Origin: a bacterium | Lineage (GTDB): Bacteria; UBA10199; 2-02-FULL-50-16; JAJFLM01 | Direction: 5' to 3' | Length of the DNA stretch: 64,000 nucleotides | Assembly: GCA_965216315.1 (NCBI GenBank) | Contig: CBDCFN010000016.1 | Coordinates: 1,280,001 to 1,344,000, forward strand | In this document: in pieces, positions 37,150-46,730 of the stretch | How positions within the stretch are numbered: the stretch's first letter is position 1 | How the letters are laid out: each line of letters begins with the position of its first letter | Notes under the pieces: generated by a model | Databases searched by the model: none | The model's input: the letters and a program-made list of their open reading frames with translations, nothing else | What the model was told of the DNA's origin: nothing | Made by a program: the position numbers and the translations under genes

Positions 37150-38033
37150 TGTTCAAATGAATGCAAAACAATTTCGTTTTCATCTAGATTGTCAAGTACG
37201 TAGGCTTCAATAGGCGGCAAGGGATCCCGGGTGATCGTCTTCCTTACCCCAAAATGCGTATGCCCACTGACGACATGAGTGACTTTTGGAAAATTGACAA
37301 TCATCGCACCTAGGCTCGGGACAAAATAGTAGGCATTTGACAGTTCATAGCGGCTCCGTTGATTCCCCTTTGTTATGTCGGAACGCAATTCCAGGAAAGG
37401 GGGGATATGGCTGGCGACTAGAACTTGATCGACTTGAGGATTCGAAGCGAGGTTTTTGAGTGCAGATTCCAATCTTTCCCGGCATGCCTTGGCAAATTCT
37501 ATATCGCTCCAAGACCAGTCAATGAGTTCCGCGTCTTGTACATATTTTCCTTTTTTACAGCTGATGGTTTTGGCGTCACGTCCAGTCTGATCCGCCGAGT
37601 AGTCATACCAACCAATCGTACCCGCGATACCGAGTCCAATCTCAGGGATCACAACAGATGTGCCTTCCAGCCACAGTGCTCCGACTTCTGCAGTCAGGCG
37701 CGGAAGAACTGATTCCCATAGATCCTGACTGCCATGACGTGCTGGCGAGGTATCGAGATGATTTTTTGGGGCACTCCAGACATCGTGGTTGCCCGCAAGG
37801 ACGAGCGTCTTCCAGCGACCACTCAACAGTTTTAAAGCCGGCTTAAAATACGACGTGCAATTGGCGATATCCCCAACGATTAACAACATGTCGGGATTCG
37901 CCTCATGAACTCGCGCCGCCACACTCTCGACATCAACCGCATTATAGGGGCTATGATGTAAATCCGAAACGACGGCGAGATTTAACATCACACCTTTGCA
38001 ACCAAGTTGACTGAGTAAAAAGGAATGAGTCAT
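37143..38033 (-). CDS. Calcineurin-like metallophosphoesterase
   Basis: SDLH, GD, GNHD, H, SGHTH motifs. Start placed at ATG 38033 because the promoter motif lies at 38041-38067. Confidence 0.88.
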   Translation of the reverse strand: MTHSFLLSQLGCKGVMLNLAVVSDLHHSPYNAVDVESVAARVHEANPDMLLIVGDIANCTSYFKPALKLLSGRWKTLVLAGNHDVWSAPKNHLDTSPARHGSQDLWESVLPRLTAEVGALWLEGTSVVIPEIGLGIAGTIGWYDYSADQTGRDAKTISCKKGKYVQDAELIDWSWSDIEFAKACRERLESALKNLASNPQVDQVLVASHIPPFLELRSDITKGNQRSRYELSNAYYFVPSLGAMIVNFPKVTHVVSGHTHFGVRKTITRDPLPPIEAYVLDNLDENEIVLHSFEHQ

Positions 38034-38040
38034 CGGGCCC

Positions 38041-38067
38041 GTATCGACGTATTCAGCGAATTGTTGT
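38041..38067 (-). promoter_or_regulatory. Sigma-28-like promoter ACAACAAT-N11-GTCGATAC
   Basis: Recurring motif, 7 nt before ATG 38033. Confidence 0.55.
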
Positions 38068-38214
38068 GATGAGACGTCTGGAGAATACACTTCATTGAAA
38101 AATTATGTATTCATTCGAATAGGGAAGGGAAATTCTTCCGACGACCCTTCGAGACATCCCGATTCAAGCCCTAACGTGCCTAAATCTTAGGCACTATTTC
38201 TCGCAAAGAAGCTA

Positions 38215-38241
38215 GCAACTTTGCAGCGGCAAGGCCGAAGA
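38215..38241 (+). promoter_or_regulatory. Sigma-28-like promoter GCAACTTT-N11-GCCGAAGA
   Basis: Recurring motif, preceded by the palindrome GTGCCTAA-ATC-TTAGGCAC (38176-38194). Confidence 0.6.
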
Positions 38242-38282
38242 CTAGGACGGGTCATCACATATCATGAGCAAAGGGGTTGGGC

Positions 38283-39518
38283 ATGATTTCCGCATTTTAT
38301 ACGACACAAGCACTTAATTTAACTGCAACGTCTTTATTAGCGAGCTCGGGAATGACACGACGCTACTTTATTGGCGTTGCAGCAGCCGGTCTTGGCTCCG
38401 CGCTCATTCCGAGTTGCGGCAGTGATCCTTCCACGGGCGGAACAGACGGCGGTACAACCGATGCCGGCACCGATAGTGGCACGGACGGGGGCACGACAAC
38501 ACTCCCCAATAATTTTACCGTTGAAGACCTCGCGACCTTTAATTGTCAGTTTGCTCCGGACATCGATTTAGGCGGCAGCGGCATTTTAGGGCTCTGTACT
38601 AGCGAGGCCAATGAACTCTTTCAATTTGACCCGAGTCAAACCCCGAGTCCTGTTGCTGCTGAAGCATTGCTGGACTTCGGAGCTATTGGCAACCGAACCC
38701 TCAACCAACTAGCGGCCACGCGAGAAGGCAAGGGAGTTGTCACTACAGATGAATTCGGCGCTCAATCGGGTATTTACGAACTGAATCTCGACGGGAGCGG
38801 GGTGCCGCGCCTCATCTTGTTTCCTGCCGGCAATAATTACGCCGGCGGCCCAAGCTTTGCACAAGGCAAACTGTTCATACCGACCGCTAATGCCGATGAT
38901 TCGGTGTTTCCTTTGACTTATGGCGTGGGAAGCTTGCAGGTTTTTGATGTCAGTCCGGCAGGCCTGATCAACGATTCCAGCCGCCGTGAGCTTCAGACTT
39001 CAGCGCTCAATCCGACGAGTACGGCCGTCATCGGTGATAATACCTTATTAGTACTCAACAGCGGTGATTTCACGGCTAGTTCCCAGGCTGTGCTCGATAT
39101 TTTTGATATAACCAACGAAATCCTTACGACGAGCATCCCGCTCGGCAATCTCACCGCTCAAGTCGGTGGAGAGATCAGCGTTTCAGCTGATGGGCGTTAT
39201 GCCTTGATCGGCTCGGCGGCCTTTGCGGATACCGATCCCTGGGCCGGACGCGTCCTACGCGTTGACCTCGTTGAGGGAACAGTGGAGCAACTTACGGCGA
39301 GTGGAACGACCTTTCATTCCAGTGCCAAGATGGGGGATGGCATTGCCTATGTCAGTGACTTCAATTCCGGACGCATTACGGTCCTTGATTTAGCGGCTTT
39401 TTCTATCCATCGTACGGTAGAAATAGCCGGTGGATTACTGGGACCCGCTGAAATCTCCGCTGGATCCCTCGTCCAGGTCATCGCCGGCGGGGCGGTGCTC
39501 GTCACGCCTGAAGACTAA
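38283..39518 (+). CDS. Putative Tat-exported lipoprotein with beta-propeller (YncE-like) domain
   Basis: TRRYFIG twin-arginine motif, LIPSC lipobox, TDGG linker, beta-strand repeats. Confidence 0.7.
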   Translation: MISAFYTTQALNLTATSLLASSGMTRRYFIGVAAAGLGSALIPSCGSDPSTGGTDGGTTDAGTDSGTDGGTTTLPNNFTVEDLATFNCQFAPDIDLGGSGILGLCTSEANELFQFDPSQTPSPVAAEALLDFGAIGNRTLNQLAATREGKGVVTTDEFGAQSGIYELNLDGSGVPRLILFPAGNNYAGGPSFAQGKLFIPTANADDSVFPLTYGVGSLQVFDVSPAGLINDSSRRELQTSALNPTSTAVIGDNTLLVLNSGDFTASSQAVLDIFDITNEILTTSIPLGNLTAQVGGEISVSADGRYALIGSAAFADTDPWAGRVLRVDLVEGTVEQLTASGTTFHSSAKMGDGIAYVSDFNSGRITVLDLAAFSIHRTVEIAGGLLGPAEISAGSLVQVIAGGAVLVTPED

Positions 39519-39576
39519 AAACCCAGCCAAATCGGTGCCTGCGCTCCCCAGCCTATGGGAGTCGATTCCCCATAAA

Positions 39577-39678
39577 TGTATACAAATAAATATAGTATTC
39601 ATATGAATGCAAATTTATATAAATAATTACATATAGTTACAATATTAAAAATTAACATTAATTGGCACAACCATTGCA
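39577..39678 (+). promoter_or_regulatory. Sigma-54 promoter TGGCAC-AACCA-TTGCA (39663-39678) with TGTATACA-type enhancer
   Basis: Canonical -24/-12. Two imperfect 18-bp palindromes at 39577-39611. Confidence 0.78.
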
Positions 39679-39743
39679 ATAACAGTCTCTCGTGTGTGGG
39701 CGTTGGGCCCGGAAATTTGAATTAAACTCCCATGGAGGCTGTC

Positions 39744-42080
39744 ATGAAGTTACGTTATTTTTTACCATTCCTTTTGTTAGTTGCTGCCTGTGATGGTAGC
39801 GCCATCCTCGATAACCCGGAAGTTGGTCCGATCGATATCATCGACCCGGTCTCGGTTATTGATCAAGAGGAAAAAACCCAAGCTGAAAATATCGATATCA
39901 AAGAAGAAATAATCCCGGTCAGTAATGAAGGCGTCGCAGGGTCACCAGAAGTCGGTGACAGCTGCGGAAATCCTGACCAAAATTGCACGATTAACAGTTT
40001 TGGCACCTGTATCTGCCCAGTAGATGAAAATTCGGACAATGACGCCTGTGTCGATGATAGTGAATGCGAGTCGGGTGAGACGTGTTTCTATGGAAATTGC
40101 GCTCCGATACCGGACCATATTTCAGATTGCGAGGAAAATGAGATTCATAAAGGCAGTTACATTGTCGAGACACAAGAAGATTGGAATAAACTGCAGTCCT
40201 ATTGCTCAATTCAGGGTGACCTTAAAGTTAAAAACACAATGCTGACGACAATGTTCAACAACACGCTTCGTCATATTAACGGTACATTGCGGGTTGAGAA
40301 CAATGAACAGCTCGGCAATATTTGGTTTGTTAATCTAAAAACGGTTGGTTTTACTATTGTCAATAATAATAAAGGGCTTTACGCACTTATCATGCAGAGC
40401 TTGAAGAAAGTGAATGGGCCGTTGATGATTAAGAATAATGTAAACTTGAAACTCGAAGACAAGAGTATTCCAACAACCGTTGCCGATAACGAACGAGTGG
40501 AGCAACTCCAAGCGCATCTCAAAGGTCTTGAATATATCGTTTTCTTTGGAGAAGTCGATTATCTCTGGGGCGGTGTTATCATTACAGGAAATGAGCCGAC
40601 AACCTGTGAATATCAAATGCACTGTGCAGATAATGAAGCCTGCGTGGATGGGATTTGCCAAGTCGGCAAATGTGTTTCTAACTTGCAGTGTGGGTCCGGA
40701 GAAATCTGCCTTGATAACGTATGTCAGGCGGGTGGCCAAATCGATGATTCATGTGAAAGTCACTCTGACTGCACCACTGGTTCAATATGTGACCAGGGGA
40801 ACTGTATTGAACAAATCTTCTGCATGAATAATTCGGATTGTGATGTTGGCATGCTTTGCGACGAAAATGGTGATTTCTGTCGGACTCCTCAAGCTGGAGA
40901 AACACCTAAGGATGCAAAATGGGATACCTCCACAGCTATCAAAAGCAACAGTGACAAGCGTATGTTTCTCTTTGCCCGTGATAACAATAAGCAATTAGTG
41001 CAGATGGTTCGTGGCTTGGATGCTCAATGGAGCGGTGAAAATATCTATCCCTTGCCCCTGACGGATCTGCAGCAAGACCCCGTTGCGCTCTATAACCCGA
41101 CGACGGGTAAAATAGAGCTCTTTGTTATCGAAGGCGAGCAGTTGCTTCACTTTGTCGGTAAAGACGGCGTGTGGGAGAATGCCTATGCCCCGACCTTTAT
41201 TACCCAGGTGTTCAACGTCAAGAATGCGCCCGTCGCCGTGTTTCATCCCGGTGGTGATATTTCCTTGTTTGTGTTGGCTTATGGGGAAATTACCCAGTAT
41301 CGCTGGGCGTATGATCACGCCACTCAAAAGACCGGCATCACCAGTACGCCCATAAGCAAGAGCTTTGGCAATGAAGAACTGGATAATGATTCCAAGCTGG
41401 CCGCTGTCGTTGATCCCGACGGTCGTATTGTCGTCTTTGCGCGAACGATCGAAGGACACTTGATGAGTTACACTTCGCCGGACGGTAAGTCGTGGGGAAC
41501 GAAGCCTGCGGGTTTTGGCCTCGCGGCGAACGTCGACGGGAACCCTAAGCGGATCGGAACAGCTCATATTACGGGCTCGCCCGTAGCCGCCGTCAGTCAG
41601 TCGAAAGTGTATGTCTATGCACGTGGCGATGACGACAACACGGCAGAGTATCATCCTAACTCAATGATGGGCCTCTACGCCTGGACCTGGGATCAGTCAG
41701 CGCATTGGGGAACAGATGGACAGCAACATCTTATCTCTACGCATGACTTCCCACACAATGAGTCATTAAGTGCAGTATACGATGTGGCTACGGACAAGGT
41801 TTTGGTCTTTGGCGCCAATGCGATCGCGAGCTCCAATGACGTCAGACAATACGAGGACGATAACGTCTATTTTTCCAGCACTGTCGCCGTGGGAACAGTA
41901 ACCAACGATCGACTCTGTGCCATTTTCAATCCGATGACACAAGAGACCGAAGTCTTTGGGACGAGTGCCCTCGACAAGACGATCGTCCAGTTCTTTAGTG
42001 CGCAAGGAACGGCAAGTACTCTCGGAGATACAGCGATTGGTGGGAACCCAGTCGTCATCTACAATGACTGGATTGACTAA
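39744..42080 (+). CDS. Lipoprotein with Cys-rich repeats, receptor-L-like LRR segment and lectin-like beta-propeller
   Basis: LLVAAC lipobox, CxxxxxCxxGxxCxxGxC repeats, YCSIQGDLKV/LRHINGTLRV repeats, LFAR/VFAR blades. Confidence 0.75.
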   Translation: MKLRYFLPFLLLVAACDGSAILDNPEVGPIDIIDPVSVIDQEEKTQAENIDIKEEIIPVSNEGVAGSPEVGDSCGNPDQNCTINSFGTCICPVDENSDNDACVDDSECESGETCFYGNCAPIPDHISDCEENEIHKGSYIVETQEDWNKLQSYCSIQGDLKVKNTMLTTMFNNTLRHINGTLRVENNEQLGNIWFVNLKTVGFTIVNNNKGLYALIMQSLKKVNGPLMIKNNVNLKLEDKSIPTTVADNERVEQLQAHLKGLEYIVFFGEVDYLWGGVIITGNEPTTCEYQMHCADNEACVDGICQVGKCVSNLQCGSGEICLDNVCQAGGQIDDSCESHSDCTTGSICDQGNCIEQIFCMNNSDCDVGMLCDENGDFCRTPQAGETPKDAKWDTSTAIKSNSDKRMFLFARDNNKQLVQMVRGLDAQWSGENIYPLPLTDLQQDPVALYNPTTGKIELFVIEGEQLLHFVGKDGVWENAYAPTFITQVFNVKNAPVAVFHPGGDISLFVLAYGEITQYRWAYDHATQKTGITSTPISKSFGNEELDNDSKLAAVVDPDGRIVVFARTIEGHLMSYTSPDGKSWGTKPAGFGLAANVDGNPKRIGTAHITGSPVAAVSQSKVYVYARGDDDNTAEYHPNSMMGLYAWTWDQSAHWGTDGQQHLISTHDFPHNESLSAVYDVATDKVLVFGANAIASSNDVRQYEDDNVYFSSTVAVGTVTNDRLCAIFNPMTQETEVFGTSALDKTIVQFFSAQGTASTLGDTAIGGNPVVIYNDWID

Positions 42081-42087
42081 GCACACA

Positions 42088-42654
42088 CTAAATTGACAGC
42101 CTCAACACCGGGGGCGGGGCATCCAGCGATGGAGGTTCCGCCCCCTTGTTATTCCAAACATCTTGATAATGGGTCTTCATATCCTGCAGTAGTTGTTCGA
42201 CATTCAGGCCCATAAAAAGCCCTTGCTGACACAGTTCTGATTCAGCAACGACTTGCAAACGCCGATAGGCCTCTTGCGATAAGTGGGCCATGCCGGGCCA
42301 CTGTTCGAGATGCCGCTTGAGTTGGGCGGCGGAGTTTTGGATCAGGCCTTGTAAAAACTGGCGTTCTATTTCCAATTCTCCCCGTTTCCACAGTATTTCC
42401 CACGCCTCATGCGCCTCCCAAAAATACGATACGTTATAGAGATCAACCCCATAGAGATAAAGTCGGTTGTCATGCCAGCGTTCCGGTGGCATATAAACGA
42501 CTTCGGGCTCCTCATGGCCATATGAATGCCCTTTGGGATCACGATTGGGGTGTGGGGTTTGGCCCGGCACGAATCGATAAGGAGGAAGGGCTCGATTCGC
42601 GCAATAACGAGGCGCTTCGGGCCAGAGCGGGGCAGGTTCCGTTAAGCTCACCAT
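42088..42654 (-). CDS. DUF309 family protein
   Basis: GVDLYNxxYFWEAHEAWE...LQGLIQ signature. Confidence 0.85.
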   Translation of the reverse strand: MVSLTEPAPLWPEAPRYCANRALPPYRFVPGQTPHPNRDPKGHSYGHEEPEVVYMPPERWHDNRLYLYGVDLYNVSYFWEAHEAWEILWKRGELEIERQFLQGLIQNSAAQLKRHLEQWPGMAHLSQEAYRRLQVVAESELCQQGLFMGLNVEQLLQDMKTHYQDVWNNKGAEPPSLDAPPPVLRLSI

Positions 42655-42678
42655 GGAAGGGAACTAACACAGTCACTG

Positions 42679-43692
42679 ATGAAATACCAATCGCTCATCT
42701 TAATCATCATCGTCTTTGGTGCGGCCGTAGTCGCCGCCATCTATTATGCCGCCGGTCCGGCCTTAAAAAACGGAGATTGGGACCCCGCGGGTCTACGTCA
42801 GTATTCGAGCCCTGCGATCTCCGATCTCACGAAGCCTCCCGAAAGACTGAAGGTCATCAGTTATAATATCGGTTATGCCTCGGGAAATAAGAACAATAAA
42901 GCCGCCCCCCTCAGCGAACAGGAAGTGCGCGATAATCTCGATAATATGATTTTGGAGCTGCAACCGCTCAACGCCGATATCATTGCCCTACAAGAAGTCG
43001 ATCTGAGGGCCCAACGGACCTTTGATATTGATCAACTCCAGTATCTCGCCAGAGGCCTGAACCTACCCTATACCGCCTACGTCACGACTTGGAACAAGCG
43101 CTACGTTGCCTGGCCGTTTTGGCCCATCAGGGCTCATTTTGGTCGCATGGTCTCCGGTCAGGCAATCTTGAGCCGTTATCCGATCATTGATCAACAGACT
43201 TTTACCTTCGACAAACCCGAGGAAAATCCGTTTTGGTACAACATGTTTTATTTAGATCGCATTGCCCAGCGAGTGACTGTGCAAGTAGCAGAAAAGGTCG
43301 CCATTATTTGGAATGTTCACCTCGAGGCCTTTCGGCAGGGGTCACGCCTCCAACAAATCGACAAATTAATAGACTACCTTAACGGGGACTCCCATCAGAA
43401 TCTCATTGTGGCCGGGGACTTCAATAGCGTCTCGAATTATCGGAAAGATCTCAGTGCGGAACTACAGGCCGAACTCAAACAAAAACAGGCAGGCATTCAG
43501 ACCTTCTTAAAGGAGACGCACTTACGTGATACGTCGGACGATGCAGAAGAGTTGACCTTTCCCAGTTGGGAGCCAACTAAGAAAATCGACTTTATCCTCT
43601 ATAAGGGGCCACGACTTGAAAAGAGCGGGGCGATCCAAGGACTCACCGCCAGCGACCATCTACCGGTCTGGGCCGATTTCAAATTACCCTAA
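42679..43692 (+). CDS. Endonuclease/exonuclease/phosphatase family protein, membrane-anchored
   Basis: SYNI, LQEVD, NVHL, GDFN, IDFI and SDH motifs. Confidence 0.9.
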   Translation: MKYQSLILIIIVFGAAVVAAIYYAAGPALKNGDWDPAGLRQYSSPAISDLTKPPERLKVISYNIGYASGNKNNKAAPLSEQEVRDNLDNMILELQPLNADIIALQEVDLRAQRTFDIDQLQYLARGLNLPYTAYVTTWNKRYVAWPFWPIRAHFGRMVSGQAILSRYPIIDQQTFTFDKPEENPFWYNMFYLDRIAQRVTVQVAEKVAIIWNVHLEAFRQGSRLQQIDKLIDYLNGDSHQNLIVAGDFNSVSNYRKDLSAELQAELKQKQAGIQTFLKETHLRDTSDDAEELTFPSWEPTKKIDFILYKGPRLEKSGAIQGLTASDHLPVWADFKLP

Positions 43693-43709
43693 TAGACTAA
43701 AACGGGCAT

Positions 43710-43741
43710 AAAAAAGCCCCTCGTTAGAGAGGGGCTTTTTT
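43710..43741. terminator. Bidirectional intrinsic terminator
   Basis: A6-GCCCCTC-loop-GAGGGGC-T6 between convergent genes. Confidence 0.88.
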
Positions 43742-43761
43742 GAAAATGCTTACTGAATCTT

Positions 43762-44529
43762 CTAGAAGCCTTTAACTTTCTTGGAACGATTATAAAGTTG
43801 GAAGACCAGATGCCACCCCACCACGACGACGACTAGTAAGAAAGCCCAATGTCCTGCAATAAACGTCGTATGCTGGTTGATCATCGCCCAGACCAAGGGA
43901 ACCGACATGTAGGTATTATGCTTGGAACGAAGTCCTGCCAAAGCAGCTTGATCCGGGTCCGGGGCATTGCCTTCTTTAATCGCTGTAATGATCTTTTGTT
44001 GCGCGGGCCAGATGCGAAACCAGACGTTGAATGCCATCATCGTCCCGAACATCGCCCCCAAATGAATCGCATAGCCACGATAGCCGAAGCCGGCCCAGCA
44101 GTGAGCGGCGGCCAGATAACCTGCGATGAGGCCCAAACTGATTAGGACCGACAACTTATATTGTTTCTTTGCCAGCGCACTTTTAAATAAGGCGTCATAG
44201 AGAAAAACCGCCAAGAAGGTCACGACGACCATAACGATCGCCGGCAATTGCCAGCCCTGTCCCGGTTCATCTAAGAAAATGCGACTGTGATAAAAGACGG
44301 ATGCAAGCAGGACAACCCCGGTAAACCAAGTATAGGCTGCACCCCAACGGAACCACCACAAAGTTCTCGGGAGAAGCTCGGGGACGACTTTCTTTTTAGT
44401 CTCCCCATCCATCGTCGGCGCAAACGCCGAGTTGACCCAGTTAAAGAAATACAAAAGACCGATCCAGGTGATTCCGGCGATAATGTGTAACCACCTAAAA
44501 ATGGCCTGCGTAATATCGATGGGATGCAT
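43762..44529 (-). CDS. Urate hydroxylase PuuD-like membrane protein (Urate_ox_N), no cytochrome c domain
   Basis: RWLHIIAGITWIG, WFRWGA, MAFNVW, RSKHNTY motifs. Confidence 0.8.
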   Translation of the reverse strand: MHPIDITQAIFRWLHIIAGITWIGLLYFFNWVNSAFAPTMDGETKKKVVPELLPRTLWWFRWGAAYTWFTGVVLLASVFYHSRIFLDEPGQGWQLPAIVMVVVTFLAVFLYDALFKSALAKKQYKLSVLISLGLIAGYLAAAHCWAGFGYRGYAIHLGAMFGTMMAFNVWFRIWPAQQKIITAIKEGNAPDPDQAALAGLRSKHNTYMSVPLVWAMINQHTTFIAGHWAFLLVVVVVGWHLVFQLYNRSKKVKGF

Positions 44530-44602
44530 TAGGACTCCTTATGGATTTGAAATAATTAGTTAAATTTCGCGGGACTATCCAATATCCGACTAATTCTGTC
44601 AA

Positions 44603-44956
44603 TTATTTGATGGCCTTTGCCGCGTCCGAGTGGGGTATGACGGCTTGCCGTGCCAGGTCAACCTTCCAGACGTAGCTCTCGCTGCGGCCCGGAACGCGCG
44701 CCTTAACGAGGACGGTTCCGCGCCACTTCGAATCGATCTGCGTTTTCCAGGCGATGGTGTCGGCGGATACCCCTAGTTTCTGACTCAGCCGGGCTTCGAT
44801 GGTTGAATGGTCAGAGCCGAAAGGACGAGCCTCCCTGACTGCAGCAATGGCCTTGCGCAGATCCGCGTGGTCAAAACGCTGCTGCATGTAACTCATGAAT
44901 GAGTAACCGCCAATGAGGACAATGGCCACGAGGATGTATTTTAAAAGTGTTTTCAT
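44603..44956 (-). CDS. Small membrane-anchored hypothetical protein
   Basis: 117-aa ORF with an N-terminal TM helix. Confidence 0.65.
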   Translation of the reverse strand: MKTLLKYILVAIVLIGGYSFMSYMQQRFDHADLRKAIAAVREARPFGSDHSTIEARLSQKLGVSADTIAWKTQIDSKWRGTVLVKARVPGRSESYVWKVDLARQAVIPHSDAAKAIK

Positions 44957-44972
44957 ATCACTTAAGTGTTAA

Positions 44973-45054
44973 TTCCCCTCCTTACGAAGGAGGGGTTAGG
45001 GGAGGTCGTGTGGAAAGACCCCTCCCTAGCCCTCCCCTTTGTAAGGGGAGGGAA
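44973..45054. repeat. REP-like palindromic pair (CCCCTCC...GGAGGGG units in inverted arrangement)
   Basis: Two hairpins. A related unit sits at ~55335-55371. Confidence 0.65.
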
Positions 45055-45099
45055 TAGTCTCTTGCTTACACAATTACAAGCGGCTAAACTTTTAGGCAC

Positions 45100-45432
45100 A
45101 TGAGCAGTCTGGCGCAGAAAGTTTGTGGTCCTTGTCGCGGGGATATTCCTCCGCTCAAAGGTGACGATCTCGTCCAACTAGAGGTTGAACTCGGTGGTGA
45201 TTGGGAGATCGTCGATGAACATCAGCTCGAAAAGACCTACAAGTTTAAGAATTTCGTCGACGCACTGGCCTTTACGAACAAAGTAGGGGAGTTGGCTGAA
45301 GAGGCCCAACATCACCCGGACATTTATCTCACCTGGGGCAAAGTCAAGATCACCTTATGGACGCACAAGATCGATGGCCTGTCGGAAAACGATTTTATCT
45401 TGGCGGCTAAGTGCGATGCATTACTAAAGTGA
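45100..45432 (+). CDS. phhB: Pterin-4a-carbinolamine dehydratase
   Basis: QHHPDI and WTHKIDGLSENDFILAAK motifs. Confidence 0.9.
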   Translation: MSSLAQKVCGPCRGDIPPLKGDDLVQLEVELGGDWEIVDEHQLEKTYKFKNFVDALAFTNKVGELAEEAQHHPDIYLTWGKVKITLWTHKIDGLSENDFILAAKCDALLK

Positions 45433-45515
45433 GGCGGGTGGCGCGAGCGATCCTTTGGACCGTCTTTTCCGACGCAGCCAAAGGATTGCTCCTGCGACAG
45501 GACCCGCCCATTGAT

Positions 45516-46259
45516 TCAGCAATTTTCATCTCTCAATCTCTCCATCGCTCGAATCACCTGTTCATGAATCCTCTCAACGGCTTCCTCAGTCGATTCCCCT
45601 TTGCGCTTGCGCGACGAGATCGGCTTACCGACGTATTGAGTAATTTTGACGGGGAAGGGGATTAATCCCAGACCTGTAAAAAGGGGGAGGGAAAACCGCG
45701 TCTGTTCCAAGAGCTTAATCCGCCATTTCAGGAGAAACTTGGTATTAAAATACGCATTATCAATGCCCTTGGCGTAACTCGGAATGATCGGCACCTTAGT
45801 TTCGACAGCCATCTCAACGAAACCGGTACGACGTTCCCACGGAATGCGATTCATATCCGGTCGGGCAATCAGTGCCTCATAAATACCACCGGGAGAGAGC
45901 ATGACACAGTTGCCTTCTTTGAGGAGCTGACGGGCATTCTTGGGATTGGCATTAACGGCACCGCCGCGAAGGAAAAACTCGCGCACACCAGGGATATCAA
46001 AGAGAAAACCGGCTCCCAAGCCACGGGGATAGAGGCCTAATTCCTCGATACAGGACACGGTCAGCATAAAACCGTGATAGGGAATAATGCCGTGATTCAT
46101 GACGACAAGGCTCGCCTTATTCAACGGGATATTGGCGAGACCCTTCACGGAGTAACGGAAATAATAAGAGAGCAATTTGAAGACAGGGAGTACCTTATCC
46201 ACAAAGGTCGGATCGTGATGGTGGAGTTGGTTGCGGGGATGGAGTTGCTGCTGTGGCAT
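45516..46259 (-). CDS. Lysophospholipid/DGAT-type acyltransferase
   Basis: VMNHG, PGGIYEA, RTGFVEMA...VPIIP motifs. Confidence 0.85.
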   Translation of the reverse strand: MPQQQLHPRNQLHHHDPTFVDKVLPVFKLLSYYFRYSVKGLANIPLNKASLVVMNHGIIPYHGFMLTVSCIEELGLYPRGLGAGFLFDIPGVREFFLRGGAVNANPKNARQLLKEGNCVMLSPGGIYEALIARPDMNRIPWERRTGFVEMAVETKVPIIPSYAKGIDNAYFNTKFLLKWRIKLLEQTRFSLPLFTGLGLIPFPVKITQYVGKPISSRKRKGESTEEAVERIHEQVIRAMERLRDENC

Positions 46260-46267
46260 AAGATAGT

Positions 46268-46296
46268 GTAGGGGCGGTTCGCAAACCGCCCCTTAC
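46268..46296. repeat. GTAG-type REP hairpin
   Basis: GTAGGGGCGGTTCGCAAACCGCCCCTTAC. Confidence 0.65.
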
Positions 46297-46298
46297 TT

Positions 46299-46322
46299 AA
46301 ATATGAGCCGGCTGGGACTCGA
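46299..46322 (-). repeat. 24-bp duplicate of the tRNA-Lys 3' end (att-like)
   Basis: Identical to 46423-46446. Confidence 0.8.
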
Positions 46323-46427
46323 GGCATTATACTCCGCAAAATAGTTCTATTTTGCTGCGCAGCTAAGCCAAGCTCAGCTTTGCCGACTGGCTTCGAGCCA
46401 ATCATTCAATGCTCTATCAATGAAATA

Positions 46428-46500
46428 TGAGCCGGCTGGGACTCGAACCCAGGACACCCGCCTTAAAAGGGCGATGCTCTACCGACTGAGCTACCGGCTC
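46428..46500 (-). tRNA. tRNA-Lys(TTT), CCA not encoded
   Basis: Reverse complement GAGCCGGTAGCTCAGTCGGTAGAGCATCGCC-CTTTTAA-GGCGGGTGTCCTGGGTTCGAGTCCCAGCCGGCTCA folds as a cloverleaf. Confidence 0.95.
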
Positions 46501-46730
46501 TCATTTCGCAAAACGAAAGCGCAGCTTCCGTTTCGCTGGAATCAAGGGGTGAGATACCGCTCTCCCCCTTGATAATCCCCCATCTGATTGGATGGGGACA
46601 TGTTTCTAAACTAGTGTTTTAGGACTGTCAATCATCCGGCTAAAGGCTATGGGATCCCGGTATCATTGTCATCGACGATGGTGGCGTAGATGAAGAGCCC
46701 TAGACAATTTCGCGAAAGAGTGCGAACGAC

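Noticed and set aside
1800..42080. Prophage, ICE or defence island as an explanation of the orphan region
   Set aside because: No integrase, transposase, phage structural or conjugation genes are recognisable, and the same promoter motif occurs among core genes at 59.6 kb.
46545..46600. Hairpins upstream of tRNA-Lys as a possible ncRNA
   Set aside because: Only short G/C-run stems resembling degenerate REP sequence, with no family signature.
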